Shown one piece after another: positions 30,878 through 41,141 of a DNA stretch of 64,000 nucleotides. Source of the stretch: Syntrophobacterales bacterium. Lineage in GTDB: Bacteria; Desulfobacterota; Syntrophia; Syntrophales; UBA5619. The notes below the pieces were generated by a model that was not told where the DNA came from, did not search any database, and worked only from the letters and a program-made list of their open reading frames with translations. Positions within the stretch are counted from its first letter, which is position 1. Every line of letters begins with the position of its first letter. Location of the stretch: contig JAHYJE010000010.1 in NCBI GenBank assembly GCA_019429105.1, positions 2,172-66,171 on the forward strand, given 5' to 3'. The translations under genes were made by a program, and so were the position numbers.

Positions 30878-30913
30878 AGCTCATCGCGGGTTTCCCGTCG
30901 ATGGGCTTTTTTT
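30878..30913 (+). terminator. Rho-independent terminator after tRNA-Lys
   Basis: agctcatcg...cgatgggct stem (one G-U pair) followed by TTTTTTT. Confidence 0.65.
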
Positions 30914-31561
30914 CAACCTCCTTAAAACACCTTAAATAAACGCGAAATGCAGACAGTTTGCAGACAGCTAAATCGTCATCAGCTTCCTTTTTTCATCTCT
31001 TCCCCATTGGCGACATTCCTCAACATAGTCATTGTAAGCCTTCGATTCTTCCGACAGACCAATCCTAAGCATTTTAATTTCATCGCTGACTGAATACCTC
31101 TCCCTAATTTTGTCAACCACCGACCGTTGATATTCTTAAAAAAAGGGCTTCTCCCTATAGGCCGGATCGAGGTTTTTAACCAATGCCGCGGTGCATCCAG
31201 TCGGAGTCATCAACACAAATCACGAATCACTGACAAATAGTAAAATATGTCTTGACAAGCCAAAACTGCCCCCCTATACTCCGCCTCGCCGAAAAGCAAT
31301 GTCTTTTCAAGCAATTCAATAAGAATCTCCGATCCTTCGTTTGCAAATGTCCCGAATGCCAGACGAAGATGGAAATCTTTTCGGGCGAATTCATAAAAGC
31401 ACAAGTGCAGGAAGTGCGGCAAGCGAATCGATTTCAGCAGCGCGCTCCGGAAGCGGGAAATGGCGCCACCGCGCCACGCTGATCCGGGTTACGGCGGCGC
31501 CTGCAAGGCAAGTTCGCGGTAGCCATCAATAACGCCCCGATACCAATAGAAACGGTGGAGC

Positions 31562-33661
31562 ATGGCCAATCGACTGGAAAAGGAAAAAAGCCCTTATCTC
31601 CTGCAGCACGCCGCCAATCCGGTGGACTGGTTTCCCTGGTCGGATGAAGCTTTTGCCAGGGCCGCGGCGGAAGACAAGCCGGTTTTCCTGTCGGTCGGTT
31701 ACGCCACCTGCCACTGGTGCCATGTAATGGCGCACGAATCGTTTGAGGACCACGAAGTCGCGGATCGCCTCAACCGCGATTTCGTGGCCATCAAGGTGGA
31801 CCGGGAGGAACGTCCGGACCTGGACCAGATTTACATGACCGTGTGCCAGGCCATGACCGGACGCGGCGGCTGGCCTCTGTCGGTGTTCATGACCCCCGAG
31901 CGCCGACCTTTTTTCGCCGGCACTTACTTTCCCAAGGAAAACAGGCTGGGGATGACGGGATTCATCAGCATTCTGGAACAGATCTCCGGCCTTTGGAAAA
32001 ACCAGCGGCGGAAGGTACTGGACAACAGCGCCACGGTTATCGCCGCGCTCCAACCGTTCTTGGCAGACACCTCCCGGTCTTCGTCCGGGCTCGATCAGAC
32101 GGTGCTGGCAGAAGCCCTCGGTCAGCTCAAAAGCGTGTTCGATGCCACCTGGGGCGGGTTCGGAACGGCACCCAAATTCCCCACACCGCATCAGCTCACT
32201 TTCCTTCTTCGCCGGCATCAGCGGACCGGCAGCCCGGCAGCCCTGGAGATGGTGGAAAAGAGCCTCGTCGCCATGCGCCACGGCGGCATCTTCGATCAGA
32301 TTGGCTTCGGGTTCCACCGCTATTCGGTGGACCAGCAGTGGCTGACGCCGCATTTCGAAAAGATGCTGTACGATCAGGCAATGCTGGCGATGGCTTACGT
32401 GGAAGCCTATCAGGTAACGGGCAAGCCGTTTTACGCGGCGGTGGTGCGGGAAATTTTCGAATACGTGGAGCGCGACCTCGGCCATCCGCAAGGGGCCTTC
32501 ACCTGCGCCGAAGACGCCGACAGCGAAGGCCGCGAAGGGCTATTCTACCTATGGCAACCGGATCAGGTTCGGACCGTGCTGGGAGAGGAACTGGGCGATC
32601 TGACCTGCCGTTTTTACGATGTTTCCACACTTGGGAACTTCGAAGACGGCTTCAGCATTCCGCACATCACCAAGTCCAGGGAGGTGTTTTCGGAGCTAAG
32701 TCGGACCGAACTTCCGGTCCTTGAAGAACGGCTGGAAACGGCCCGCAAGCGCCTCTTCGCGGAGCGCCGAAAACGGGTTCGGCCGTTGCTCGATGACAAG
32801 GTGCTGGCATCCTGGAACGGCCTCATGATCGCCGCCCTGGCCAAGGGCTACCAGGCCCTGGGGGACACCCCTTATCTGCAAGCCGCGAACCGCGCCGCTG
32901 ACTTCGTGCTGGAGCGGCTGCGCCCGGACGGCCGACGTTTGTATCGGCGCTGGCGCGACGGGGAAGCGGCGCACCCGGGATTCCTCGACGATTACGCTTT
33001 TCTGATCTGGGGGTTGCTGGAACTCTACCAGGCCGAATTCGATCCGCTCCGCCTGGAACAGGCCATCGACCTTCAGCAGCAGATGATCGCTTTGTTCCAC
33101 GATCCGGAGACCGGCGGTTTTTACTTCAGTGGCAGCGACGGCGAAGCGCTCATCGTGCGCGATAAGGAAATCCACGACGGCGCCCTTCCCTCAGGCAATT
33201 CCGTGGCCATCGAAAACCTGCTGCGGTTGAGCCGCTTGACCGGCAACACCCGCTGGGAGGAACTGGCCGAACAAGGAATCAACTCCTTTGCCGAACTGGT
33301 ACGGGGCTACCCCATGGCCTACACGCAATTTCTCCAGGCCGTGGATTTCTCGCTGGGACCGACTCTGGAACTGGTAGTCGTGGGCCGTGCCGCCGCTCCC
33401 GATACCGGAGCAATGCTCCGGCTCATTCAATCGGTTTACTGCCCGCGTAAAAGTGTCCATTGGCTGAACGGGGACCCGGTTGCTGAGCAACGTCTGATGC
33501 GCCTGGCGCCCCATTTGGAAAGTCTGCAAGCCGACGGCGGGCCCAGGGTTTATCTGTGCGAAGGCTTCAGCTGTCAGCAGCCGCTTCGCAGCCTGGCGGA
33601 ACTCAAACGCGCCCTCGCCGTGAGCGGGCCCTCGGGCTCGCCGCAACAGGAACAACCGTGA
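31562..33661 (+). CDS. Thioredoxin-domain protein of the DUF255 / YyaL family (thioredoxin-like N-domain plus alpha/alpha-toroid domain)
   Basis: 699 aa. The N-terminus [54 protein letters not shown] is diagnostic. The gene lies in a visibly GC-rich block. Confidence 0.9.
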   Translation: MANRLEKEKSPYLLQHAANPVDWFPWSDEAFARAAAEDKPVFLSVGYATCHWCHVMAHESFEDHEVADRLNRDFVAIKVDREERPDLDQIYMTVCQAMTGRGGWPLSVFMTPERRPFFAGTYFPKENRLGMTGFISILEQISGLWKNQRRKVLDNSATVIAALQPFLADTSRSSSGLDQTVLAEALGQLKSVFDATWGGFGTAPKFPTPHQLTFLLRRHQRTGSPAALEMVEKSLVAMRHGGIFDQIGFGFHRYSVDQQWLTPHFEKMLYDQAMLAMAYVEAYQVTGKPFYAAVVREIFEYVERDLGHPQGAFTCAEDADSEGREGLFYLWQPDQVRTVLGEELGDLTCRFYDVSTLGNFEDGFSIPHITKSREVFSELSRTELPVLEERLETARKRLFAERRKRVRPLLDDKVLASWNGLMIAALAKGYQALGDTPYLQAANRAADFVLERLRPDGRRLYRRWRDGEAAHPGFLDDYAFLIWGLLELYQAEFDPLRLEQAIDLQQQMIALFHDPETGGFYFSGSDGEALIVRDKEIHDGALPSGNSVAIENLLRLSRLTGNTRWEELAEQGINSFAELVRGYPMAYTQFLQAVDFSLGPTLELVVVGRAAAPDTGAMLRLIQSVYCPRKSVHWLNGDPVAEQRLMRLAPHLESLQADGGPRVYLCEGFSCQQPLRSLAELKRALAVSGPSGSPQQEQP

Positions 33662-33744
33662 GGAGGACACAAACATCGACCTGCAGCATTGGAATAAACT
33701 GATCTACTCGACTGCTCTTGACAAACCATGAATTATTTCTGTAG

Positions 33745-34236
33745 ATGACATTCAAATTGACAGATGCGCCGATCTCATCTATTTTGAGGGCGAAACCAAA
33801 CCGTTTCCTTGAGATATTCGGGCACAGAGAAGGGAACGGTGTTAGAAGAGAGAAGGCGCCCTATGCCGCTGACAGCCTGGAAACTGATTGCCCTTACATC
33901 ATCTCGGAACCGGGTATCGCCGGAGGACGGCCGGTGATCGCGGGGCCCGGGATCACCGTAAACTGTATTGCCGGGTATTGCCAGCTCGGCATGAACATCG
34001 CCGAGATACCGGGCAGCCTTCGGCATCTGACCCCGTCCAGGTACAATTCCGCCCTGGCCTATTACTTCGACCGCCAAGACGCGATCAATGTGGATATTGA
34101 AAAGGCGGGCAACAACGAATGCTGGAAGAGTCAGGTTCAGGCCCATCCCGCACCACGCCAATTGCGGATCGCCATCGGATTAAACCTTTGCAGTGGGATG
34201 CTTGGTAAAACTGTTGACGCTGCGAAACAACCATAG
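33745..34236 (+). CDS. DUF433-domain protein (start uncertain)
   Basis: PYIISEPGIAGGRPVIAGPGITVNCIAGYCQLGMNIAEI...LTPSRYNSALAYY matches the DUF433 core (GG.P.I.GT.I.V..I......G.s..EI......L....I..AL.Yy). Both extensions are atypically long. Confidence 0.55.
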   Translation: MTFKLTDAPISSILRAKPNRFLEIFGHREGNGVRREKAPYAADSLETDCPYIISEPGIAGGRPVIAGPGITVNCIAGYCQLGMNIAEIPGSLRHLTPSRYNSALAYYFDRQDAINVDIEKAGNNECWKSQVQAHPAPRQLRIAIGLNLCSGMLGKTVDAAKQP

Positions 34237-34244
34237 AGGTGATT

Positions 34245-35111
34245 ATGACTTACAAAACATTGCTGGTGGAAATAAGACAGGGTGTGGGGGTAATCTGGAT
34301 GAACCGTCCGGAGAGACAAAATGCGCTCAACGCAATAATGATCACGGAGCTTGAAGAAGCCTTTTTGTTGCTGGATGCCGATCAGGAGGTTCGCATCGTC
34401 GTTCTCGCCGGAGCGGGCGCGTGCTTCTGTGCCGGCGCGGACAGGGAAATTCTGCAGGGGCTCACCGAAAACTGTTTGGAAAAAAATCGCCTTGACGCGA
34501 TGGGCCTGGCAAAACTGCTGCAGACCATCTACAACCTTTCCAAGCCGACGATCGCCCGCGTTACTGGTTTTGCAGTCAATGGCGGGGCAGCGCTTGTTGC
34601 CGCCTGCGATATGGCGGTTAGCGACTATAATGCGGAGTTTGGGCTTTCTGATCTGCGTTTCGGCCTGCTTCCAACCACTATTGTCCCCTATTTGTGCAAA
34701 GCGGTGGGAGAGCGGCAGACGCGCCACTGGCTCCTCTCAGGCGAACTTTTTGCCGCCGCCGAGGCCTACCGCACCGGGCTCTTGACCGACATCACCCCTG
34801 CGGAGGAACTCGACGCCCGGATCAACGAGTTGATCGGTAAAATCATTCAGGGCGCCCCCAACGCCCAAGCTTGCCTCAAGGATTGGCTGCGGTCAACGGC
34901 CGGGGCCCCGATTACCCCCGGACTGTGGGAAGACAGTGCCTTACGTTTTGCCAAAGCCTGCGCCGGCGAGGAATTTCAACAGGGGCTCGCCGATCTTCTC
35001 GCCAAGCGCAAACCTCACTGGCTGCTCAAAAAGAAAAAAGCCTCCTCCAAAACGAATCGTCCGCGGAATGAAAAGCAGCCAAAAGCAGCGATAGGGCCCG
35101 GACGTAAATAA
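34245..35111 (+). CDS. Enoyl-CoA hydratase/isomerase (crotonase) family protein
   Basis: VIWMNRPERQNALN and LAGAGACFCAGAD are crotonase signatures, with a Lys-rich C-terminal tail. ATG 34245 follows AGAGG (the ORF track starts at GTG 34239). Confidence 0.85.
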   Translation: MTYKTLLVEIRQGVGVIWMNRPERQNALNAIMITELEEAFLLLDADQEVRIVVLAGAGACFCAGADREILQGLTENCLEKNRLDAMGLAKLLQTIYNLSKPTIARVTGFAVNGGAALVAACDMAVSDYNAEFGLSDLRFGLLPTTIVPYLCKAVGERQTRHWLLSGELFAAAEAYRTGLLTDITPAEELDARINELIGKIIQGAPNAQACLKDWLRSTAGAPITPGLWEDSALRFAKACAGEEFQQGLADLLAKRKPHWLLKKKKASSKTNRPRNEKQPKAAIGPGRK

Positions 35112-35251
35112 GGAGGACGCAGTGAACAATCTATACAGGACGACATAAAATATTGCTCATGTTCACTATTGTCACACAACGTATCGCGCCAACCATGCGC
35201 AATAAATTAAGACGCTGTGTATGACAAAAAACGGGGAGACAGCACAGCCCC

Positions 35252-35773
35252 TTATTTTTTCTTTGCGTCCAGGATAGAGTTCCAGCCCTCGAGCTGCTGC
35301 TTGTTGGTTTCGGCCAATCCGGAGTAGTCGCCGGAGATCGAAATCGATACTATTTTGTCGCCGACGCCTATGCTGTTTACAACGTTTTGATCATCCGCTC
35401 CGGCAACCTCGCCAAAGATGGTGTGTTTGTTATTCAGCCAAGGGGTCGGAACATGGGTGATGAAAAACTGGCTGCCGTTGGTGCCAGGACCGGCATTGGC
35501 CATTGAGAGGATGCCCGGTTTGCCATGTTTGAGACTTGGTGAAAACTCGTCCGGAAAACGGTAGCCGGGACCGCCGGTGCCCGTTCCCAGCGGGCAACCA
35601 CCCTGAATCATGAAATCGGGAATGACCCGATGGAACGCAAGTCCGTCATAAAAACCCCGTGCCGCAAGGTTGATGAAATTGAGGACCGTAAGCGGCGCCT
35701 CGACAGGAAAGAATTTAATTTGGATATCCCCCTTGTTCGTTTTTATAGTTGCCCCCAAAAGCTGTTCTGTCAT
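35252..35773 (-). CDS. ppiB: Peptidyl-prolyl cis-trans isomerase, cyclophilin type
   Basis: [25 protein letters not shown] and GSQFFIT. The ATG at 35773 has RBS AAGGAGA (the ORF-track start at 35842 adds 23 unlikely residues). Confidence 0.93.
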   Translation of the reverse strand: MTEQLLGATIKTNKGDIQIKFFPVEAPLTVLNFINLAARGFYDGLAFHRVIPDFMIQGGCPLGTGTGGPGYRFPDEFSPSLKHGKPGILSMANAGPGTNGSQFFITHVPTPWLNNKHTIFGEVAGADDQNVVNSIGVGDKIVSISISGDYSGLAETNKQQLEGWNSILDAKKK

Positions 35774-36016
35774 GGTTAGTTTCTCCTTTTCTTGTTTGTT
35801 TGCCGCAGGCACCTTGGCCCGAAAGCGCGCCCTATACACCATGAATGCCCGTCGCTGTCAACTCCAAACAAACGATCGGATTAACGACAGACCGAAAATT
35901 ATGAAATCTTTTATCAACTGCCGTAAATGAAATCCAGCTTTACAGAAGGCTTGTAATCGTTTATACAGGGCCGCATTGGTGCTGCGGGGATGAACACTCA
36001 TTAAGGAAATTCAAAA

Positions 36017-37027
36017 ATGATTCTGGTAACCGGCGGGGCGGGATACATTGGTTCACATACCTGTATCGAGTTGATCGCGGCGGGCTTTGATCTGGTGGTG
36101 TTCGACAATTTGAGCAACGCCCATTCGGCGTCATTGCAGCGGCTCGAAACCATTACCGGGAAAATCGTCCCCTTTGTCAAGGGCGATATTCGGTCGCATG
36201 CAGATCTGGCGGGTGTTTTCGACAATTATCAGCCGGAGGCGGTGATTCATTTTGCCGGGCTGAAAGCGGTGGGAGAATCGGTAGCGGAACCCCTCCTTTA
36301 TTACAACAACAATCTGGCCGGCACAATTTGTCTATTGGAAACGATGCAGGAGTTCGGGTGCAAAACCATCGTTTTCAGTTCATCGGCAACGGTATATGGC
36401 GATCCGCATACGACTCCGATCAGAGAAGATTTTCCGCTTGCGGCGACCAATCCTTACGGGCGCACCAAGCTGATGATCGAGGAGATGCTCGGGGATCTGT
36501 TCACTGCGGATAATGCCTGGCGGATTGCGCGGCTGCGTTATTTCAATCCGGTCGGCGCGCACACAAGCGGTCTGATCGGCGAAGACCCGCACGGGATTCC
36601 CAACAATCTGATGCCGTATATATCTCAGGTGGCAGTCGGCAAACGGGCCAAGTTGCACATCTTTGGCGGCGATTATGACACACCGGACGGAACCGGCGTG
36701 CGGGACTATATTCATGTTGTTGATCTGGCCCGGGGGCATCTGAAGGCGCTGGAGGCGCTGACAACTCAACCGCGGCTGCTGACAGTCAATCTGGGAACCG
36801 GCAAGGGTTGCTCCGTGCTGGAGATGGTAAGGGCCTTTGAAAAGTCCTCCGGCCGCAAGGTGCCGTATGAAATAGTGGCGCGGCGTCCGGGCGACGTCGC
36901 CCAGTGCTACGCCGATCCGTCACTGGCAAAATCATTGCTCGGCTGGGAGGCGCAATTCGACCTCGAGCGAATGTGCAGCGACTCCTGGCGCTGGCAATCA
37001 ATGAATCCAGACGGCTATGCTGACTGA
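36017..37027 (+). CDS. galE: UDP-glucose 4-epimerase
   Basis: 336 aa. ILVTGGAGYIGSH, SSSATVYG, YGRTKLMIE (YxxxK). Confidence 0.95.
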   Translation: MILVTGGAGYIGSHTCIELIAAGFDLVVFDNLSNAHSASLQRLETITGKIVPFVKGDIRSHADLAGVFDNYQPEAVIHFAGLKAVGESVAEPLLYYNNNLAGTICLLETMQEFGCKTIVFSSSATVYGDPHTTPIREDFPLAATNPYGRTKLMIEEMLGDLFTADNAWRIARLRYFNPVGAHTSGLIGEDPHGIPNNLMPYISQVAVGKRAKLHIFGGDYDTPDGTGVRDYIHVVDLARGHLKALEALTTQPRLLTVNLGTGKGCSVLEMVRAFEKSSGRKVPYEIVARRPGDVAQCYADPSLAKSLLGWEAQFDLERMCSDSWRWQSMNPDGYAD

Positions 37028-37075
37028 TGCCAATTGATCGTTGCAATCCGATCTCTTGGAAAAGTCTCTGGAACA

Positions 37076-37387
37076 TTACCGCTCGTAACTGCCCTTCCTG
37101 CCTGTTAGGTGTTGAAAAGCCAGAACGGGGTGACGCCAGGTCATTCTTGGCCCCGCAAAACGCATCACCTCGGTGATCCGCCCCCGCATCTCCTTCTTGT
37201 AGCAATGGATCGGGCATTGACTGCAGGCGGGTTTCTTTTCTTTGTAACGACAACCCCTGATCCGCGCCTCTGCATAGCCGGCAAGCTCCCGGCAGCTCTC
37301 ACACGGCTCTTTTGCCCCATGCCGGCCGCGACAGTAAAGGCCGATCATCAGTTTTACAGTCTTTACCTCTTTATCAAGTGATTTCAT
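37076..37387 (-). CDS. Nitrous-oxide-stimulated-promoter (YgbA-like) family Cys-rich protein
   Basis: VKLMIGLYCRGRHG...CESCREL..YAEARIRGCRY...KPACSQCPIHCYK...MRFAGPRM matches the YgbA-like pattern. An alternative start lies at 37405. Confidence 0.7.
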   Translation of the reverse strand: MKSLDKEVKTVKLMIGLYCRGRHGAKEPCESCRELAGYAEARIRGCRYKEKKPACSQCPIHCYKKEMRGRITEVMRFAGPRMTWRHPVLAFQHLTGRKGSYER

Positions 37388-37391
37388 AATC

Positions 37392-37838
37392 TTACCAGAA
37401 GCCACGCTCCATGCAGTTATCGATGAATTCCAGAGAGGTTTTCGGTTCTTTCATCACAAAATCATAGAGTTTTTTCCCCACATCAGGGTAAATCGCGCAC
37501 TGGTTGATTTTTTCGACGGCAACCCAGGCGATGCCGAGGGAACTGGTATTGTCCGGCCTCACTTTAGGAGTGCCGTAAATCTCAAAGGCCTCAAAAATGA
37601 TATGCAGGGTCTGGGGATGCCGCTTTGTTGCAGGCGCCTCGCCTACCATTATGACCCCCCCGATATCCACCTTGATGCCCAGTTCTTCCTTCCACTCTTT
37701 AATCAGCGTTGTCTTCAGCGGAGCGTCCTGATCTACGCCTCCGCCCGGCAGTGCAAAAACATCCTTGCCTCCGTACTTGTATTTCATGCAGAGAATCTCG
37801 CCGCCCCTTTCAAATACAGCCGATACACGCACCCTCAT
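37392..37838 (-). CDS. NUDIX hydrolase
   Basis: The Nudix box GGGVDQDAPLKTTLIKEWKEELGI fits GX5EX7REUXEEXGU approximately. The start is placed at M10 (MRVRVSAVFE). Confidence 0.8.
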   Translation of the reverse strand: MRVRVSAVFERGGEILCMKYKYGGKDVFALPGGGVDQDAPLKTTLIKEWKEELGIKVDIGGVIMVGEAPATKRHPQTLHIIFEAFEIYGTPKVRPDNTSSLGIAWVAVEKINQCAIYPDVGKKLYDFVMKEPKTSLEFIDNCMERGFW

Positions 37839-37923
37839 GAAGACTCCTTTCCGATCGCAGCACACTTTTTTTATTTTTTTACCATAATGTCAGCGATTAA
37901 TAAACAGGCAATTTGCCATCCAG

Positions 37924-38043
37924 GTAATTGGGGTCAGAGTCGGGGTAATTGGGGTCAGAGTCATATTTCTCTCTGGAGAAATATGACTCTGACCCCAATT
38001 ACTTTCACTCTGGAGAAATATGACTCTGACCCCAATTACTTTC
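37924..38043. repeat. Palindromic repeat cluster: 2 direct plus 2 inverted copies of GTAATTGGGGTCAGAGTC, including a 37-bp tandem repeat
   Basis: Copies lie at 37924..37941 and 37946..37963 (forward) and at 37985..38002 and 38022..38039 (reverse). ggtaattggggtcagagtcatatttctc pairs with gagaaatatgactctgaccccaattac. The unit ctctggagaaatatgactctgaccccaattactttca is repeated at 37970..38006 and 38007..38043. Confidence 0.95.
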
Positions 38044-38262
38044 AATTACTTCGATTATTGGTTGAAAATAGTTTCGCTTCGAAGCGAAGTAATAGAACTT
38101 GGCATATTATCACCGGCCAAAAAGGAGGCCAAAATCACCGGATAAAAAGAGGCCACTGATTGAGTGGGATGCACTCCGGTGCCTAAGCGCCTATTTTATG
38201 AAGCGCCTTTTCTATTCTTGTCCTGTTTTGCGGTGAACAGATCAAGCCAAGGTATTTACTTT

Positions 38263-39030
38263 TCAATCATCTGCTTTTTTTGCTTTTGGTTTCGTTCGAT
38301 AGCTTGGCCCCTCCAAGATGATGACTTCCGAGTTGTTGACAAGCCGATCGGCGATGGCCGTGGCCACGGTGGTACTGTCGAAGATTTTTCCCCAATCAGC
38401 GAACGGAAGGTTCGTAGTTATGACCGTCGATTTTTTTTCGTGTCTGGTGCTGATGACTTGGAAGAAGAGATTGGAGCCTTCGCTGCCTAAGGGAAGATAC
38501 CCTACCTCGTCGATGACCAACACATCCGGCGCCTGATATAGATGAAGCTTTTTCAGTAGAGAGCGGTCTGCCTCGGCGGCGACGAGGTGATTGATCATAT
38601 CCATGCCTGTGGTAAACAGGGCGCCGACCCCGGCCTGGGTGGCGGCATAGGCGATGCACTTTGCCAGGAAGCTTTTGCCCGTACCGGTATGTCCGATGAA
38701 GATGATGTCTTTTTTCTGCGGGATGAAGCCCAGATCCAGTAGGTGTAATATCCGGGCTTTCTGTTTGGTTCTCGATATGTGGAAGTTAAAGTCGAACTGA
38801 TCGATGGTCGGTTTTTCAAAGAGTTTTGATTGCTTGTACTTAATGTTGATCCGGTTTTGCCGCCTGTGTTCCAGCTCCAGATCGAGAAGCCGTTCGATGG
38901 TTTGCAGGATTGAGATGTTCTGTTTTTCAGCTCTCTCCAGGATTTGCGGGATGTTGTCCGCACAGGATCTGAGCCGCAGTGTTTTGAGCTTTTCCTTTAC
39001 GGATTCGAGGGAGGACTCATTGGATGTCAT
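38263..39030 (-). CDS. istB: IS21-family helper ATPase IstB
   Basis: 255 aa. Walker A GHTGTGKS and Walker B VLVIDEVGY. It overlaps the istA stop by 4 nt. Confidence 0.93.
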   Translation of the reverse strand: MTSNESSLESVKEKLKTLRLRSCADNIPQILERAEKQNISILQTIERLLDLELEHRRQNRINIKYKQSKLFEKPTIDQFDFNFHISRTKQKARILHLLDLGFIPQKKDIIFIGHTGTGKSFLAKCIAYAATQAGVGALFTTGMDMINHLVAAEADRSLLKKLHLYQAPDVLVIDEVGYLPLGSEGSNLFFQVISTRHEKKSTVITTNLPFADWGKIFDSTTVATAIADRLVNNSEVIILEGPSYRTKPKAKKADD

Positions 39031-40504
39031 TCTTCTTTCCTCCTTTTAAGGATGTAGGCATCGTAATCGGCCAATGAAGGTTCCGGCAGTCTGATATTGT
39101 TCAAGTCTTCATTTTTGAGCTTGACGGGCGGATGTTGTTTCGGCGGCGTTTTTCCCTGGCGGAGGATGTTTTCGATGTAATCGGCTCCATAAGCTTTATG
39201 GAGCATGGCTTTCCTGATGGCGCAAAGGAGTGAAACGGCGCCGTATTGCTCTTTGAGTTGCAGGAGTTTGAGGACGCTCTTCTTGATCAGTTGTCTGGCA
39301 TTGACCAGTGCGGCAAGATAATCGACGGCTTCTTGCCCCAGGGATGACAAAAGGGCGATATCCCTGTCCTGCCATAATCGTTGGTGGAGCTTTTTGACCT
39401 GTTCCTGATGTGAGGTTAGCTCGATTCTTTTTTTCCGTTCCCATGACCGATGATGGACGGCAACCTGTTTTTCCCGGTGGTAAAGCGTCACCGTTGTTTG
39501 GTCCGCTTTGAGAGTCAAGTGTCTGCCGATCGTCCAGGGGGCGCCGTGTAGCTGTTGTCGTCAAAGCGGACAGCAAAATCCTGATGCACCAGGAGAGTGG
39601 CGCTTTCCCGGCAGTCGGGCAATAACGGCGGCAGCGGTCTCAGACTGACCCCGGCGAAACGGTCGATGGGTCTGTCCCCGGTGGTTTGATGGACTCTCAC
39701 ATTGCAGACGCCGTCCCGCCACTGATTGACCTGTCCCTGGACGTCCATCAGATCGCTGAAGGAACGCAGGGGCCAGAAGTTCTGGCGGAGGTAATCGATG
39801 CTTTTTTCGATTTTTCCCTTTTCCTGAGGAGAGCGGATATGACAGGCGCGAGGAACGATTTTGTATATCCGCAAAAAATCCAGGAAGGCGTCATTGAAAC
39901 GGATGACGCTCCCGCAGCGCTCCGTGACGGCGGTCAGCATATTATCGACGACGATTTCTTCCGGGGTTCCGTTAAAGAAGTGGAAGGCGTTGAGCAATCC
40001 CTGATGAAGGGCTTCCTGCTTCTGGGAGTGGGTGAACTCTACGTAAAGCATGCGGCTGTACGATTCAATGACAGCCAAGGCGTAAAGCTTTCTGACGGAT
40101 TTTCCATAAGTCAGGGCGCCAAAGTGACCCCAGTCGATCTGTAGTTGCCTTCCCGGCGCTGATTCGAAGCGGATGAAGGCCTCCCGGTTTCGGCCCTGCT
40201 CACGCTTTTTCTGGAGGTAAGACCGGACGATGGTGACCCTGCCGTCGAATCCCTCGGTTTTGAGCCTTTGGAGAACCACTGGGGCTTTGACAGCAGGAAA
40301 CTCCTCCAGAAACGAATCAATCTTTTCCCGATAGGCATCCAGCTTTGACGCCTTGGGCTTCCTGTCGGAAACAGTACGTTCGGGATGATCGAGATACTTC
40401 TTTACGGTCTTTCTGCCGATCCTGAGTCGCTGGGCGATCTGCCTTGCCGAGCAACTTGCATCCTTGAGCCGGTGAATATCAAAAACAGTTCTTCTGTCGA
40501 TCAT
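39027..40504 (-). pseudogene. istA: IS21-family transposase IstA, split by a frameshift at a C5 run (complement of 39537..39541)
   Basis: The 329-aa ORF 39515..40504 carries the HTH and the DDE core (QIDWG, VVDN, QEKGKIEKS) and ends ...DDNSYTAPPGRSADT-stop. The -1 frame continues ...APPWTIGRHLTLKADQTTVTLYHREKQVAVHHRSW into ORF 39027..39518. One extra C would restore a single ORF of about 490 aa. Confidence 0.85.
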
Positions 40505-40917
40505 GGCAACGCCCTCCTGTAATCCGCATACCGAAGAGATTGTCGGATGATCTGCGCCACCGCGGCAGGGTCTTCATCGTCATCGTCTGCCGGCTTCCGT
40601 TTGGTCACCGGGCGGGGAGGAAGAGCCAAAACCTGGAAGATGCGACTGTCGAAACCGATCAAATCCTTCCCGATCAATCCGTCCCGGGCGGCGATGTACT
40701 CATCGAGATTGATCTGCAAAAGGGTACAGATAGCGTCATAACTGTAGCAGGAAAGACCATATCTGTCCCCGGCCAGAATCAAGAACAGGTACAGGATGAT
40801 CTCCTCCCGATCCAGAGAGGCCAAAAAACCGTCGGCCAGAAAGCGGTGGGGGATAAAGCTGAACCCGCCGGTGATCTTCCTGACCCTGTCCGCATTGAGA
40901 ATCCTTTTGGCCAGCAT
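40501..40917 (-). CDS. IS-associated hypothetical protein (138 aa), translationally coupled to istA
   Basis: The ATG at 40917 has RBS AAGGAGGG. The stop overlaps the istA ATG (ATGA). MLAKRILNADRVRKITGGFSFIPHRFLADGFLASLDREEIILYLFLILAGDRYG, followed by an acidic tail DDDDED. No family recognised. Confidence 0.6.
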   Translation of the reverse strand: MLAKRILNADRVRKITGGFSFIPHRFLADGFLASLDREEIILYLFLILAGDRYGLSCYSYDAICTLLQINLDEYIAARDGLIGKDLIGFDSRIFQVLALPPRPVTKRKPADDDDEDPAAVAQIIRQSLRYADYRRALP

Positions 40918-40981
40918 GGGCTTGCCCTCCTTGTAACCGTGATTTTGTGTCAGGCTACACCGGAAGGAATCATTTTTCCAT

Positions 40982-41141
40982 CGAGTCCTTTTTTGCAATC
41001 ACTCACAACTTGTCGGTATCCCGTAGATATTTACTTTTAACGCGTCCATTTTTGCAATCACCGGTACCAGCCAGAATTGCCCGGAGAATGTTGTTCTGCT
41101 TGGCGTTCCGAGGTGTTCCGACGCGTCCATTTTTGCAATCA
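40982..41141. repeat. Three 20-bp direct repeats (candidate IstA-binding terminal repeats or internal regulatory sites)
   Basis: cgagtccttttttgcaatca at 40982..41001, cgcgtccatttttgcaatca at 41041..41060, and cgcgtccatttttgcaatca at 41122..41141. Confidence 0.9.

Noticed and set aside
35233-35260. Terminator between the crotonase gene and ppiB (ggggagacagcacagcccc followed by a T-run)
   Set aside because: Only a 4-bp G/C stem with an 11-nt loop can form, and the T-run lies inside the ppiB coding sequence. The evidence is too weak to call.
37970-38043. Possible CRISPR array (repeated 37-bp units)
   Set aside because: There are only two abutting copies with no spacers, and they are part of a larger inverted-repeat structure. 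No cas genes are present in the window.
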